A stretch of DNA of 59,996 nt, the filler included, from Diploschistes diacapsis (lineage: Eukaryota), in NCBI GenBank assembly GCA_023645945.1. It is 7 parts of 7 records of this genome, joined end to end, with 100 filler letters (N's around TTAATTAATTAA, not from the genome) between each part and the next. Parts side by side here need not be neighbours in the genome. Positions count along the whole stretch, not along the records: positions 25,802 to 34,286 come from JALAIB010001143.1; positions 34,387 to 42,867 come from JALAIB010001144.1; positions 42,968 to 51,433 come from JALAIB010001145.1; 4 more parts are not named here. One strand, written 5' to 3'. The translations under genes and the position numbers were made by a program. The notes under the pieces are model-generated. The model was not told the origin of the DNA. It was given only the letters and a program-made list of their open reading frames with translations, and ran no database searches. This document shows, one piece after another, positions 31,723-48,669 of this stretch. Within the stretch, counting starts at the first letter, position 1; each line of letters opens with the position of its first letter.

Positions 31723-32895
31723 ATGTCTGAAAAGGCTCCGACGGCCTCTCCGCTGGTCCCTTCTATAATCGACTTCCACGAACCACAACCGTCATCACCT
31801 AGCGACGGCACTAGCGCCTTGCATCCCGAATCTCAATCGCCCCAAGCAGTGGCCAAGAAATCAGTCTACCACAGCCTTGGCTGGCTCGACCGACTCCTCG
31901 CCCTCTGGATTCTCCTCGCCATCGTGCTCGGAATACTCCTTGGCAACTTCGTCCCCAACATATCCGATGCACTGCAGAGAGGCCGTTTCGTCAATGTCAG
32001 CGCTCCATTGGCCATCGGATTGCTCGTCATGATGTATCCGATCCTCTGCAAGGTGCGCTTCGAGAGCCTGCATCTGATGTTCCGCGAGCGGGAGATCTGG
32101 GTGCAGCTTGGATTCAGCGTCGTGCTGAACTGGATCGTGGCGCCGTTCGTCATGCTGGGCCTTGCCTGGGCGTTCTTGCCGGATCAGGAAGGGCTCCGGG
32201 AGGGATTGATCCTCGTCGGTCTGGCGCGGTGCATTGCGATGGTTTTGATATGGACGGGGGTGGCAGGAGGGGACGAAGAGTATTGCGCGGTGCTGGTGGC
32301 GCTCAACTCCATCTTGCAGGTCGTGCTGTATGCGCCGCTGGCGGTTCTATTCGTGAAGGTGATAGGTCGCTCAGAAGGCGCTATCTTGGTCAATTATTCG
32401 GTTGTTGCGACGAGTGTTGGAGTTTTCTTGGGCATCCCGCTTGGCGCTGCCGTTGTCACCAGGGCGATTGTTCGCTCCGTCAGCGCTCGATGGTACGATG
32501 GAACGTTCCTGGTTGCCGTGGCACCCTTCTCCCTGATCGGGTTACTGTACACAATCCTCATACTGTTCGCATCACAGGGACGGCAGGTGGTCCACCAAGT
32601 CGTCTCGGTAGTTCGAGTTGCGGCACCCCTGATCATCTATTTCGCCATCATCTTCGCTTTCACGCTGATCATCTGTCGGAGGCTTGGATTCGGATACAAG
32701 CTGTCTGCCACCCAGAGCTTCACGGCGGCGAGCAACAACTTCGAGCTTGCCATTGCGGTAGCCGTGGCGACCTTTGGCGCCGACTCCGATCAAGCGTTAG
32801 CAGCGACCGTTGGTCCTTTGATAGAGGTGCCGGTACTCATAAGCCTTGTGTATCTAGTCAGGTGGCTTGCGAGACGAATGGGCTGGCATGATTGA
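31723..32895 (+). CDS. ACR3: Arsenite/antimonite efflux permease (ACR3 family), intronless
   Basis: LDRLLALWI, GLLVMMYPILCKV, NWIVAPFVM, GLARCIAMVLIW, ASNNFELAIAVA, GPLIEVPVL; about 10 TM segments. Confidence 0.95.
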   Translation: MSEKAPTASPLVPSIIDFHEPQPSSPSDGTSALHPESQSPQAVAKKSVYHSLGWLDRLLALWILLAIVLGILLGNFVPNISDALQRGRFVNVSAPLAIGLLVMMYPILCKVRFESLHLMFREREIWVQLGFSVVLNWIVAPFVMLGLAWAFLPDQEGLREGLILVGLARCIAMVLIWTGVAGGDEEYCAVLVALNSILQVVLYAPLAVLFVKVIGRSEGAILVNYSVVATSVGVFLGIPLGAAVVTRAIVRSVSARWYDGTFLVAVAPFSLIGLLYTILILFASQGRQVVHQVVSVVRVAAPLIIYFAIIFAFTLIICRRLGFGYKLSATQSFTAASNNFELAIAVAVATFGADSDQALAATVGPLIEVPVLISLVYLVRWLARRMGWHD

Positions 32896-33866
32896 GAGGT
32901 GACTTGTATGGACGCTGTAGCAGGAGATATACGATATTCGAAATTATTGTTAGTCTTTGAGACAGAATACAATGGTCATCTTGTATGGAAAACATGCCAC
33001 AGTAAGGGTGCTTTCATAAATTCATGGAGAGAACCTCAAATCCATAGCAAAAGGTGGTCAGGTCTCTGGATTCTAAGTACAGCAAAACCCTCAATGACGA
33101 AACTTTTGACCGTTATTATTATTATGGGTGCCACGTGGGAGTGGGAGACGCGATGTGCGCCACTTCCAGAAAGACCATCTACTTATCATGAAAACATATC
33201 GATACTCGATACGCGATACGCGTGGAATGACTTATAGGACTATACTAGATAAAGTAGATCTCAAGTTGTTTCAGATGAATGAAGGATGCACTTTCCTTAA
33301 CGATCCAGTAATAAACGGACCCTCATATGGCTGTTAGAGCCAGCTCGCGTGATGTGCACTGTTCCCCCACAGATGGGGCGACGAGAGCTTTGAACTTTAA
33401 TAAAACTGTGCAGAAAGTAACGAGAATGATGTTCGGCTTTATGTGTATGTATGCACGTATCAGGAGCAGCTGGCGGGTGGAAAAAGTGTCCGTGCTGAAA
33501 AAGGTGGAGGTTTTCCTCCTCCTCTATTATTAATCTTTTTATTCCTCCTAAAACATGGCGATGCTCCGCCATCGTGAGCTCACTATCAACAACTTCCATC
33601 CGCCACTATTGCTACGGCATGCTTAGCTGTATTGTACTTTGCTTTATTCTTTACTGGCTTGCCACTTTGTTAATGTTCTTTCTTGACTTTTCCGACCCTC
33701 GCTTCAACCTTCAACCTTCCTTAACCCCCTTGTTTACCGGCAAGACTGCAACTATTTTGCTTTCCTCCACTTCCTTTGGACACCGAGCTCATCCTTTGGC
33801 AACTAATCAGTGCCTACATCGGCCACTGATCCGTTAGAATCCAGCCGTCATCGACAGATAGCCAAT

Positions 33867-34286
33867 ATGGTTGCAAAAGGAGGAATAGACAGGTCCAAGA
33901 TCGGCTCGCCGACTGGCGTAGTCCACACGGCCTACAGCCCTACATACACTGGCAAATTCCAGCTACCCGTCATCGACATACCTCACGACTCGCTAGCAGA
34001 GGGTACTCCCATACCTCCACCCAAACCTACGCCCCCTCCGTCGCCCCCCCAGACTCCCGCCTCGTCTGGCTCGCCTCATCCTCTCCGCTCACATCCTACC
34101 TCCAGCCTCTCCCTCAACCGTCAATTCACCTCCGACGCCAAAAAGAGCTACAACGGCCACATCTCGTCCCCCGCCTCCGCCGAAACGCGAAGCAAGGGCG
34201 GCGACATCACCAGCCCAACCAGCATGCCTCCTCCGGCAACCAACACGCAAATCGCCAGTCCCCGCCCTGGCTCCAAGCGCACCCTC
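33867..34286 (+). CDS. 5' part of a Ser/Pro-rich hypothetical protein truncated by the contig end
   Basis: The frame from ATG 33867 (MVAKGGIDRSKIGSPTGVVHTAYSPT...PPPKPTPPPSPP...) is open into the spacer. Confidence 0.55.
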
Positions 34287-34386
34287 NNNNNNNNNNNNNN
34301 NNNNNNNNNNNNNNNNNNNNNNNNNNNNNNTTAATTAATTAANNNNNNNNNNNNNNNNNNNNNNNNNNNNNNNNNNNNNNNNNNNN
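34287..34386. other. Artificial contig spacer
   Basis: 44 N + TTAATTAATTAA + 44 N. Confidence 0.98.
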
Positions 34387-35098
34387 GACGAGGAGGTGGC
34401 GGGGAGGGGATTGAGTCCCGTGGTGCATCAGACGTGTTTTCATTGGGCCTGGGAGATTAGGCAGGAGGTGCTGGATGGGGTTTGGGCGGAGATTGATGGG
34501 GGAGGGTGATGACAGGTGTCTTCGTGCCCATATGGTAGCAATGGTAACGGGATGATGCTGTGAGGATTCAGCATTGGGCATCGTCTCTGGGGTGGTATGC
34601 AAACAACGAAGGCAACCGGAAGGTTCACCTCCATTCCTTATACGGTTTGAAATATCCGCGTATGTATCCCAATAACACCGTTAGCTTTTGACCTATCGAG
34701 TGGTCCATTGGTAACATAGTCAAGGGGAAAGCCGGTGGCCTAAGGTGAGGTTTGGAAAAAAACCGAGGAAGAGCCCCAGTAAAGTATGAAATCAGCCAGT
34801 TGGCGCTCAATAATAAAAGATCTGAGCTCAAATCTGCAGGATATAATGTTTTTGCGCTACTATTTATTTTTTAATTTTAGCCACGCTTCCCTAAAGAAGA
34901 CACTGCTCTAGCATAGTGCTCTTGCTACAGCATGTCAGACCTTGAACTAGCACTGGATATCGTTTCAAAAGCGGTGCTTTACAGCCAGTGAAAATGCATC
35001 CCTACCTTGACGCCACGCTTGTTGTTCCTGATCAAGACCCTAGTCCTAGGCCAGCCAACAAACCACCCCAGAAAACAAAGCCACGACCTTTGACAGCC

Positions 35099-38858
<3,760 letters not shown>

Positions 38859-38969
38859 CGTCACCGCCTGCACAAAGTGGAGCTTCTTTGCTTAGAAGGT
38901 CACTAATCGGACGGCCATTGGGGGATCACCTGCTGAAGGAAAAGTGAGTTCGCGGGGTGGTTGACTTTG

Positions 38970-38993
38970 ACGCGTAAGACTGAGGGCGCGTTT
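38970..38993. promoter_or_regulatory. Putative MCB (MBF) cell-cycle boxes upstream of SMC3
   Basis: ACGCGT at 38970-38975 and GCGCGTTT at 38986-38993, about 110-135 bp upstream of the SMC3 ATG. Cohesin genes are typical MBF targets. Confidence 0.5.
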
Positions 38994-39441
38994 ACTACCT
39001 ACAGGGATCAAGCTAGGATGCTTAACTGCATGCTGGCGGTGAGCAGCACGTTCGGGGCAGAATCCGCTGCTTTATTCCTTCGAATCTACTGCTTTTAAAC
39101 CTACTGCTTTCGCATCGACTGTTTTCGAATCTATCCAGCTACTAGTAACGTGTTTCACCACGAAGCGGAACACTACATTATAATGTAACTGCGCTAGATC
39201 GAGCGCTTCCATATTTGTACGAAGCTAAATCTTTCTCAACCACACTACCCCGTTCTTCGGCCTTTAAGAAATACACTTTACGAAGGTGCAGGGATTGTGT
39301 TCCGCTTCGTGGTGAAACACGTTACTTTACTTCGCTTAGGAACTTGGAGGGCGACATCATGTGTCGCCAGACACATTCATTTCCGATGTGAGAGTCACCG
39401 GAAGGTATTTTTTCTTGTATCCAACCCTTTCCAGAAACTTC

Positions 39442-40738
39442 ATGCTACCTCAGCCCTGTGGAAGAAGACCCATTTTGCGACATGCTTCAAGATTTCATCC
39501 AGCTAGGATAGCACAAGCCACCACCCTATTTGCGCGCAACAGTAGGTGGGACTTTTAGGGTCTTGATGCTTAATGTTTACAATGCAGCAGTGTCAGCGAC
39601 GACAACGCAAGCCTCGGACGGCAATGCGACTCTTCTCTCGGCCTGCCGCTTCGCTGACGTAGGTCAGCGCACATGCCTTTCGCATAGTAAGCTACATCGT
39701 AGCTGACTGTGTGAAGGTGGGCATCAACCTGGGCGACTCTGTCTTCCAGGGGGTTTATCATGACAAAAAAGCGCATGAAGATGATCTTGACGACGTAGTT
39801 AAAAGAGCTCTGGATGTGGGTTGCATGAAAATGATGGTTACTGGCTCGGATCTGAAAGAGTCCAAGCACGCCGTGGAGATAGCCAGACGATACCGTAGGT
39901 ATATTAGCATTGGAGCTGCTTCCGACACAGAGGACATGATACTGAGATATTCAAGCAAGAATATGCTATGCCACCATAGGAGTACACCCATGTTCCGCTA
40001 AATCCTTTGAAAGCCATCCAGGCGGACCCGATGCCCTTCTCAATGAACTGCGAACGCTAGCGGTTGAATCACGAAATGCTGGCCTGGCAGTCGCTTTTGG
40101 GGAAGTTGGGCTTGATTATGATCGGCTCTTTCTAACAGGCAAGGAACAACAGTTAAAGTACTTTGAGCGCCAGCTGGATCTTGCAGTCGAGTTGCAGCTT
40201 CCCCTGTTTCTACATTCTCGCGCTGCTAGCGTAGACTTTGAAGAGATACTAGGAAGATGCTTATCGAGCTTGCCAAAGAAAGGACTCGTGCATAGTTTCA
40301 CAGGCACTGCAGAGGAAATGAAACGTCTCCTTGCAATGGGCTTGGACATCGGCGTCAACGGCTGCAGTTTAAAGACCGAGGAGAATCTGGAAGTTGTCAG
40401 AGAGATTCCGTTAGGCAGAATGCAAATCGAGACTGACGGACCGTGGGTGGGTTGCAATTGCTGAGCACGGAATATATCCTTAGCTAATACGCCAGCAGTG
40501 TGAAATGCGTGCATCGCATGCATCATCAAAGCATAAGGAGAAGGCTCCGCCATTGCCAAAATCTGTCAAAAAGGAGAAATTTGAGAAGGGATCGATGGTG
40601 AAGGGAAGAAATGAGCCAGTTACAATTACGCATGTGGCCCATGTTATCGCGAGCGTCAAAGGTATTCCGGTTGAAGAAGTCTGTCGAGCTGCATGGGATA
40701 ACTCTATTCGCATGTTCGGCCTTGGAGAACCCCTATAG
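39442..40738 (+). CDS. TatD-family deoxyribonuclease (TATDN1-like), multi-exon
   Basis: RFAD|VGINLGD, TIGVHPC, AFGEVGLDYDR, LPLFLHSRAA, GLVHSFTG, IGVNGCSLKT, IETDGPW|CEMR, KGRNEP. The 5' exon (ATG 39442, intron from 39542) is inferred; an alternative ATG lies at 39566. Confidence 0.9.
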
Positions 40739-41574
40739 TAATTGGCTTCAAGGCTCTGCCTTATGGTATGAGAGTTCTTCAACTGTGCACGGTCCATTCC
40801 CTGCCCAGCCCAACCACAGCAGAGGCATTGAGTCTACACCCTTGCGTGAACATTGCATGCCCACATTGGCCGGATTTCGGGTTATGGTGAGAACACGGTA
40901 TCTGTTTTCTCTTAGGTACTTGATGTTGCATTCCATTACATTGTTCAGCAACTTCCATGCATCAAGGTAGTCAGGGAGTACCCTATCCTAAGTCCGTCAT
41001 TTCCAGTATTACTACACAGGAAGCAACTCTTTATAAATACTGATAACCTGCCATTCGTCTTTACTACTTGGTGAGGAGTGGAGCAATGGCCTATATCTAG
41101 AGCTACATTGCGAGGTGCAAGCGCCTACAATCTTAGGTCCGCATTTGAAAGGGGTATTAACCTGATCTGTTTCGCAACTGGTTTGTGTTTTCTTAACTAT
41201 GATATCCCTCGTTTCACGCATTCTTTGGAGATGTTTCCTCTTCAAAACTTCGTACGCATTCAATGATGGCACCTTTCTCCGTTTCCCTGCGGCATGTTCT
41301 TAGCTTCCATGTCTGTGAAAGTTTACATCGGCGTGATCTAGTGGCTACTACTCCCCCGACCAAGCGTCTCCAGGTGGAGGCACGAGATAGTTGAACTACT
41401 CTTACGGGATGCGACCTCGGAGTAGTCATGGTGGGGAAATGGTAGATCCTCAGCCCTGCAACGTATATATGCGGTAATTCTGGTAACTCTCTTATGAAGC
41501 TTTTACTCGTCTCCTCTTAACAATCATCCGATCAGTTTTGCAGTTTCGCAAGCCAACATTAGACGCCAACAGCA

Positions 41575-42163
41575 ATGCCTACTGGAAGCTGCGGTAAGTC
41601 TCTCTTGCGCTCAAAGCCCTGAGACAACAAACTGATGAGATTCAGTCTGCGGAAATATTCGCTATGAATTTACGGGCGAGCCCGAAGCAAAGGTATCTTG
41701 CCCCTTTTCTTTTGCTTCTTAGGTGACGATCAAGCATTCAGCCATCGAATGCTGACCTGAACGCCAGGTCGTCTGCCACTGCCACGATTGCCAAAAGACC
41801 TCTGGGGCTCCGTTTACCATTAATGCATTGATATCCAACGAAAACTTCAAAGTTACTTCTGGCACGCCTTCTGGGTGGACAAAGACGGCAGACTCGGGAT
41901 CATCAGTTACCAACTTCTTTTGCCCGAATTGTGGTTCCACTTCCTGGGGGGAAACCAAGGCATTCGAGGGGATGAAGATCCTGAGGGTAGGATTTCTTAT
42001 GCTGCGAACGAGCATGGTGTGAAATGCTAACTGAGATTAGGCTGGTACTCTTGACCACAAGAGCGATCTGGATAATATCAAGCCAACGCTGGAGCTGTAC
42101 AAGAAAAATCGATCCAGCTGGCTTCCAGCCTTCGAGGGCACCGAGCAGCATGATGAGATGTGA
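41575..42163 (+). CDS. GFA / Mss4-like (DUF636, CENP-V family) zinc-binding protein, 4 exons
   Basis: Spliced product: MPTGSC|VCGNIRYEFTGEPEAK|VVCHCHDCQKTSGAPF...FFCPNCGS...KILR|AGTLD...ELYKKNRSSWLP...DEM*. It has the CxC, CHCxxCQK and FCxxCG motifs. Confidence 0.9.
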
Positions 42164-42333
42164 AGGCTGTCTCTGCGCGATTACCACCAGCTTTCGGACG
42201 AGAAGAGCTTGGTAAGTTGCTCATATATACAAACTAGAGTAGTTGTTTGTATAGATTTCGCCCCACCTTAACGTGTCTTTTGCCATGGTGAACGATGATG
42301 GGAAATATGCAATGCCTCAAAGCGACTTGTCGA

Positions 42334-42867
<534 letters not shown>

Positions 42868-42967
42868 NNNNNNNNNNNNNNNNNNNNNNNNNNNNNNNNN
42901 NNNNNNNNNNNTTAATTAATTAANNNNNNNNNNNNNNNNNNNNNNNNNNNNNNNNNNNNNNNNNNNN
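42868..42967. other. Artificial contig spacer
   Basis: 44 N + TTAATTAATTAA + 44 N. Confidence 0.98.
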
Positions 42968-44150
42968 GATCTAATAGGATCTATGTTAATCAAATATTTC
43001 ATAAATAAATCTACCCGGTTATAGAATAAATATTTAATATAAATATTATTTACGGTTAGAATTAGATAATATGCTCGAAGCGGAAAAAGTCCTTTTTATC
43101 TCCTTTATAGAATAAAATTTTATCTACCGGGCGATCCGAATAAGATACGTTCTAATAAACTCGAACCGAATTTAATAAAATAATTTAGTCGGATTTAAAA
43201 GATTCATACCGTACGCGCGATAGCTAATAAAAAATTAATGAACAAGGTTATTAAACACTAGATAATACGAAATGATATCGTAAAGAAACACGACTTTTAA
43301 GTAAGATAATACGTGTTATTACGCAATAAAAGTTATAAAAAATTCGAATCGAATTAATACGGCCCGTTTAGAGTTTTACAAATTCATATTTTAGGGACGT
43401 ACGTCTTAAAAAAACTAAATAAAAAGGTTTTAAAAAATCTAGTTCACGGTAATAGACTCGTACGCGCTCACGGCTATAAAGGTTTAAGTAAAGTATAGTA
43501 AAGTATAAAAGCCGTAAAGGACCTTAAGATCAAAAAAGATCCCTAATCGCCAGAAATCGAAAATTTTTTATCAAAATATAATAGAACCGACTATACGTAC
43601 GACGAGTTAAAAAATATCTTAAAACAAAAATGACAACGGTTGCTACGACAAAAAACGTTAACATCAAAAGATGATTCAAGCTTAATAAAAAAGGGACAAG
43701 ATATCATCCACTCGCCCAATCAAAACGATATAACGGAAAAAACAATAAATGTTTCTTTTACGAAACGAAGGCGTAAGAAGAACGCCAAAACAGATCGAAT
43801 AAAATCTAATATAGACTTATCGACATAAATAACTTCGTAATAAGTGAACGCACTTATAAAACCAGATAACGATTAATAAAACGCCAGCGACGCCGCCAAA
43901 CAACCCGATTTAACTATACAATCTAAAGAAATGGAATCTAAGATAAAAATAGATCTCATAGATCCTATAAGCCCAAATTTAGGTACAGAAATCAGTACAT
44001 TAGTAGAATCAGGCCACGATTTAAATCCAGAGGTCGACTCTAATAGATTTAATCCGAATTTAACAGAACATATTATAAATCCTAGATCCAATAGAAGATC
44101 GGGATTACGAAACAATCCTAAACGAAAGGTTTTTAAGGATTAGTTATGAA
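42968..44150 (+). mobile_element. RIP-degraded Ty3/Gypsy LTR retrotransposon relic (3' end of integrase)
   Basis: Plus-strand translation gives ARSGKSPFYLLYR (~43070-43110), DF*VR*YVLLR, KFESN*YGPFRVLQIHILGTYVL (GPF/Y motif, ~43340-43410) and VHGNRL. The stops are consistent with TGG>TAA and CAA>TAA changes. The region is very AT-rich. Confidence 0.8.
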
Positions 44151-45560
44151 GTATTATGAAGATTATTATTAGAAATATAAAATGTTTTGGCCGAAGTCCT
44201 AAATCTTGATTCAATTAGGTCTATCAATCTTTAATAATATTTATTTTATTTCTTTTTTATCTATTATATTCTCGGCGATAACCGCGAGTTCTTCGATTAA
44301 TTTAGTTAGAGTTTCCTTGTTGTAATATTTATCTGTAATATAGACTTCTCCGCTTAAAATCGAATAGCCCTTAATAGATTTAAGCCAAAATTTAAATTTA
44401 TTAATCTTATATATTTTATATGTTTTTTTCGATTTTTTGGTTCTGATAGAGTTTGTTATAACCTTATCTTTATCCTTTTTATCGAAAAGTTTATTAGACA
44501 CGTCCGGTATAACTTAATTAGATAAGTTTAATAGATTTTAATCAGCATTACCTTAATCTAAATAATTAGGACATTTACGCCAGTTATACGCCCTATTATG
44601 CTCTTTTTAACTGTAATTAGAACACGCGTTTTTAAATATATATTAGCCCGATTGTAATTTTAACGAAACGTATTTTTTAAACTGTCCGAATCTTAATCGA
44701 CACGGTTTGTATTTATTAGAATTAATTTGGCCCGAGACGTAAATCGTTAATACGTTTAAATATTTAACATCCGATTTGACCTCGATCTTTTCCCCGGTTT
44801 TAGTACAATCAAGAAACCTTTTTTATAGACATAAAAACGCCTCTCGAAAATATTTTTTTGAATCTAAAATAATCACGATATCGTTAATTATTTAGTTTAA
44901 TCGATTTTATTAGGTACAGAACTGAACGTTCTAAAGATTTTATTTATTAAAATAGTAAACTATTATCGCTGATATCTTCGCGTTATAATTTATTTTAATT
45001 AAAACCGTTTCGTCTTTTATATCCTCGGATTGATTCCGTAATCTTATTTTATTCTATTAGAATTTATTAGCCCCTATTATAATATTCTTTAATTATAAAA
45101 CTTACGAAGTCATCGCCGGGTCCGTTAAGGTTAATTATAGAAGAGAACGTTATCTTGAGTCTATTATATGTTGTTAGATTTAAATATTATAACTCTTAAG
45201 AAAGAATTAAGGAGTTAGGAGTTTATTGATTTTGTTATTTATAGTATTAAAACGTTTTAATTAAAGCTAATAGATTATAAAAATAAAAAAAAAGTGAATT
45301 AGTTAATCCTATTAGGGATAGATAGATTAGAACGGTGCATCTACAAAAAAAAAGCTGATTAAAAGGAGTGCTTTATGAATATAAAAAGCAACTAATGAGC
45401 GAGTCGTTTATATTCTAGTAGGGAATGATGTGGTTTTACTACGGAGTTAAGTCCTAAGTCCGAAAAGACTTGGCGGAATACTTTTTATTTGTAAATCTGT
45501 AGTTAGATAATTTAAACACACTATGCAATCGAATCACATCTGTTCGGGTACTAGGGTCAC
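44150..45560. mobile_element. AT-rich RIP-degraded repeat of unresolved type
   Basis: Extreme AT/TpA enrichment with CpG retained. There is a possible degenerate zinc knuckle on the minus strand near 44570-44630 (CSNYS*KEHNRAYNWRKCP). Confidence 0.55.
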
Positions 45561-46213
45561 GACTCTAGACTATTAAATTGATATAGAGAGCAGTGGGACA
45601 CTCCTCAGCATATGCGAGCCAACTTTTAGAGAAAATATTGTACGAAAAGCTCTGTAGGCACCTAGCTAGCTAGCTATACGGAAATATAATTACAGTAATA
45701 CCCGTTCCGGCAACAGCCAAAAGCTCTCCGTTTCTCTCTCTGAAGATTAAGCTCTCGCACTACATGAACAGATACTCCTCGCTTTTTCGTACTTCCACCT
45801 TGTTCTCTTTGTGCATATACCCATTTATCAAGCTTCAGCTGCTGCTCCTCACGCTCAGCTCTCCTGTTCGAGTTACCCAACAGTGCCTTCTACTCAACAA
45901 AGGGAAGTCGTGAAGCCATTCCATAATCTCGAAGGGATCCTAGGTATGTAAATAGAACGAGTCCAATGAGACTGCGCAGACCGACGAACGCTATGCTAGA
46001 TTGCTAATATAACCGAAGAAGCAAAACAAAGCGTCCTAATATTCGCTTTAGACGCCTGGACTTTTGTGATGAGGCATGGGCCCATGATATAGAAAGTTGG
46101 TTCCAGACCGCACGTATGGTGTTCAAAAAGGTTGGACCTGTAAGAAGCAGGGTTGAGGAGAGAGAGCTGCTTGAATGCTCATGGCCTGAGTATGTCAGAA
46201 GGGACTTGGGGCT

Positions 46214-47991
46214 CTAAGCGGCTTGTGCGGTTCCACGACCACGTTGAGCCATATTGCCCCCTCTTCCACGAGGGCCAAAATTACCACGACCCCCCTGGCT
46301 TGGCGTACGGCCGTCGAGGCCACCGCGGCCACCGCGCATGCCACCTCGGTTGTTGAAGCCTCCGTAGCCTGGAGTATTACGACGCCGCTCCTCGACAGAT
46401 ATCTCCACGCCGTTGATAACATGCGGGTTTGCAGCAACCGCAGCCTGGTAGCCAGCGGCATCAGCAAATTCGACAAAGGCACAATTCTAGACGAAGCGTT
46501 AACACAACTTTGAATCGATGACAACCAAAGAGCCATACCCTTGGCCTGCTAACATCGAAATAATTGAGCTTGCCGTACTTGTTGAGTGCGGCCTTAAGGG
46601 AGGCAGCATCAACCTTTTCAACTACTCCCTTAACGTAGGCAGAGGCGTTACCTTTATCGCCAGGGCCAGCAGATACAGAACCTGGCTGTTGGCGAGCTTG
46701 CTTCCTGGCGTGCTCCTGGCCAGCGGTCTGCCACCCTCCAGGACTTGTAAGAGCATCTTCAGCGCTGGCGGCAGTAGTTGTAACTGGAGCAGGAGTGGGT
46801 TGGGGGTTGGAATTCGGCTGGGAAGGGCTAACGGTAGCCGCTGGAATTTGAGGTACGGCAGGAGCAGGAGCTCTTGGCCCAGCCACCATGCTAGCCCAAG
46901 TTTTAGGAGCTGCAGGTTTCGGTGGAGCAGCGGGTTCGTCCGCAGGTGTGGGTGCAGAAACTTGTGGTTCTTCGGCCGACTTGGGGCTGGGAGCTATTGT
47001 GGGCTCGGGGTCTTTGGGAGTTTCTGACAGAACCGAGTCTTCGGCCGCTGCAGCCTCTGCTTTCTCGAAACTCTCTGGCTCCGGTTCGATCTCAGCAGGT
47101 TTTTCAGCCTCCACATTCACCGGCTCAGGTTGAGCAGCGGGGACCTCCTCGTTGGCTGGAGCCGCAACAGCCGCAGGCTCAACCTCGGGATGAGCAGCGG
47201 TTTCTTCGAGCTTCTTATCGAGGACCTCGGCATCCTTTTCTTGTGCAGCTCCGTCATCTGCACTGCTTAGAGTGTGCGGTTCTGGCTCTTGTACAGGAGC
47301 TGGCACGTCCTCTGCCTGAGGCATATGCTCCTCAACCTCTTCCTCTTCTTCGTCAGCAATGTACCGAAAGATATCGTTGAGGACGTAGTAGCCGTTCGGT
47401 TGTTCAGCAAGGATGAACGTTTGGACGAACTTGCGGTGAGGAGCAGACTTGTTTGACATCTCACCGATGACCTGAACAACGATGTCCCTGCCTGATTCTT
47501 GGGAATCAACGTTAGTCACACGAACCTTGCAATCCTGGATGTCAAGCTCTTTGATACGCTCGGAGATTGCCTGTAACCGTTTCAGTACGGCACACACGAT
47601 CGATTTGAGAGCCTTACACGTTGACCAACGGATACGGAGACCTTCTCAGCTTCAATGCCAGAGACAAACTGAGATCTTTTCGCATAGAAAAGCTGCCAGA
47701 CTTTAGTTACATCATCCAATCGTCTCTCAAGCGCTCGCAAGAACTTACGTGAAGTTTTTCGGGGCTGCGACTCAGGGTGGTATAGTACTGCTCAACAAAG
47801 TACCAGCCAACCTCATCCTTGGAAGGTGAGTTCTGCGAGTTGGTACCAGCAGTGGATGAAATGGCCGGAGTGACCTGTCCATTGGGAATAGCTGCAGCAT
47901 TGTGCTGAGATGCCGGCATGATTGACGAATCGGAAGCATCAAAAGAGGGCTGAACAGTGTTGATGGCCTGACCTGACATATCGGCAGCCAT
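46214..47991 (-). CDS. NTF2 + RRM + RGG protein (G3BP / Bre5 / Nxt3 homologue), multi-exon
   Basis: DEVGWYFVEQYYTTLSRSPEKLH, DCKVRVTNVDSQ, VQVIGEMSN, KFVQTFILAEQPNGYYVLNDIFRY, acidic linker, PKTWAS, RRM (AYVKGV), then an RGG tail. Confidence 0.92.
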
Positions 47992-48669
47992 TTTCGAGAA
48001 GTTGTCCGGAAGTGTTGGCAACAAAGAGTGTAGACTGAGCTTCACTCGAAGATCTTATAGAATCCGAATATCAATACTTCGGAAGGTTTGCGGAGAGTGC
48101 TTGAACTACCGAGTAGATATTATCAGTGAAACTGTCTGCGGTAAGCTTGATGAAGTGCAACTGTAGGTGAATAGATTCAGAATATGCATCGTACCTACAA
48201 TGGCCAGGTATTACCAGGTATCTAAAAGTTTGAAAGGCCTAACGCCGGTTTCTCCTCAAAAAAGGCCTACTGGTAAATCGCGTGTAGAAAGGTAGATGAC
48301 GGCGAAATGTGCGGGGGAGAATTTTAGTAAAGAATATTAATAATGACACAAGAGAAGCTCAACAAATCTGACAGCGCAAAGGGGGTGACGTTATTCAAGC
48401 TGTAGTATTAACAAGCTAGAGGACGGAGTGGTGTAGATGAAGCTTGAACGTGATGTTGCCTTCTGAAAGGTGAAATGGGTGGAAGTCGAGAAGAGCTTGC
48501 TTTAAAAAATCTGAAGTCATGTTGAAGAACGTTGCGCTGAAGAATCGGCAGGGGTGCTTCGGGTTTTAGCGCAAGCTTCTGTAAGCACCATAAACAATGG
48601 CCGAGGATGGACTAATTGCTCGATTTTCTTGTGTCAAAACTTTACATACATGGTACTAGTCTACACATA

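Noticed and set aside
31723..32895. ACR3 as part of an arsenic-resistance cluster or a horizontal transfer
   Set aside because: No arsenate reductase, ArsH, methyltransferase or regulator lies beside it on the contig. The lack of introns alone is not evidence, since neighbouring TRM1 and rds1 are also intronless.
43640..44501. Lys/Asn/Ile-rich ORFs in the AT-rich island as genes or organellar DNA
   Set aside because: They are remnants of RIP-mutated transposon sequence; I see no mitochondrial gene, rRNA or tRNA motifs.
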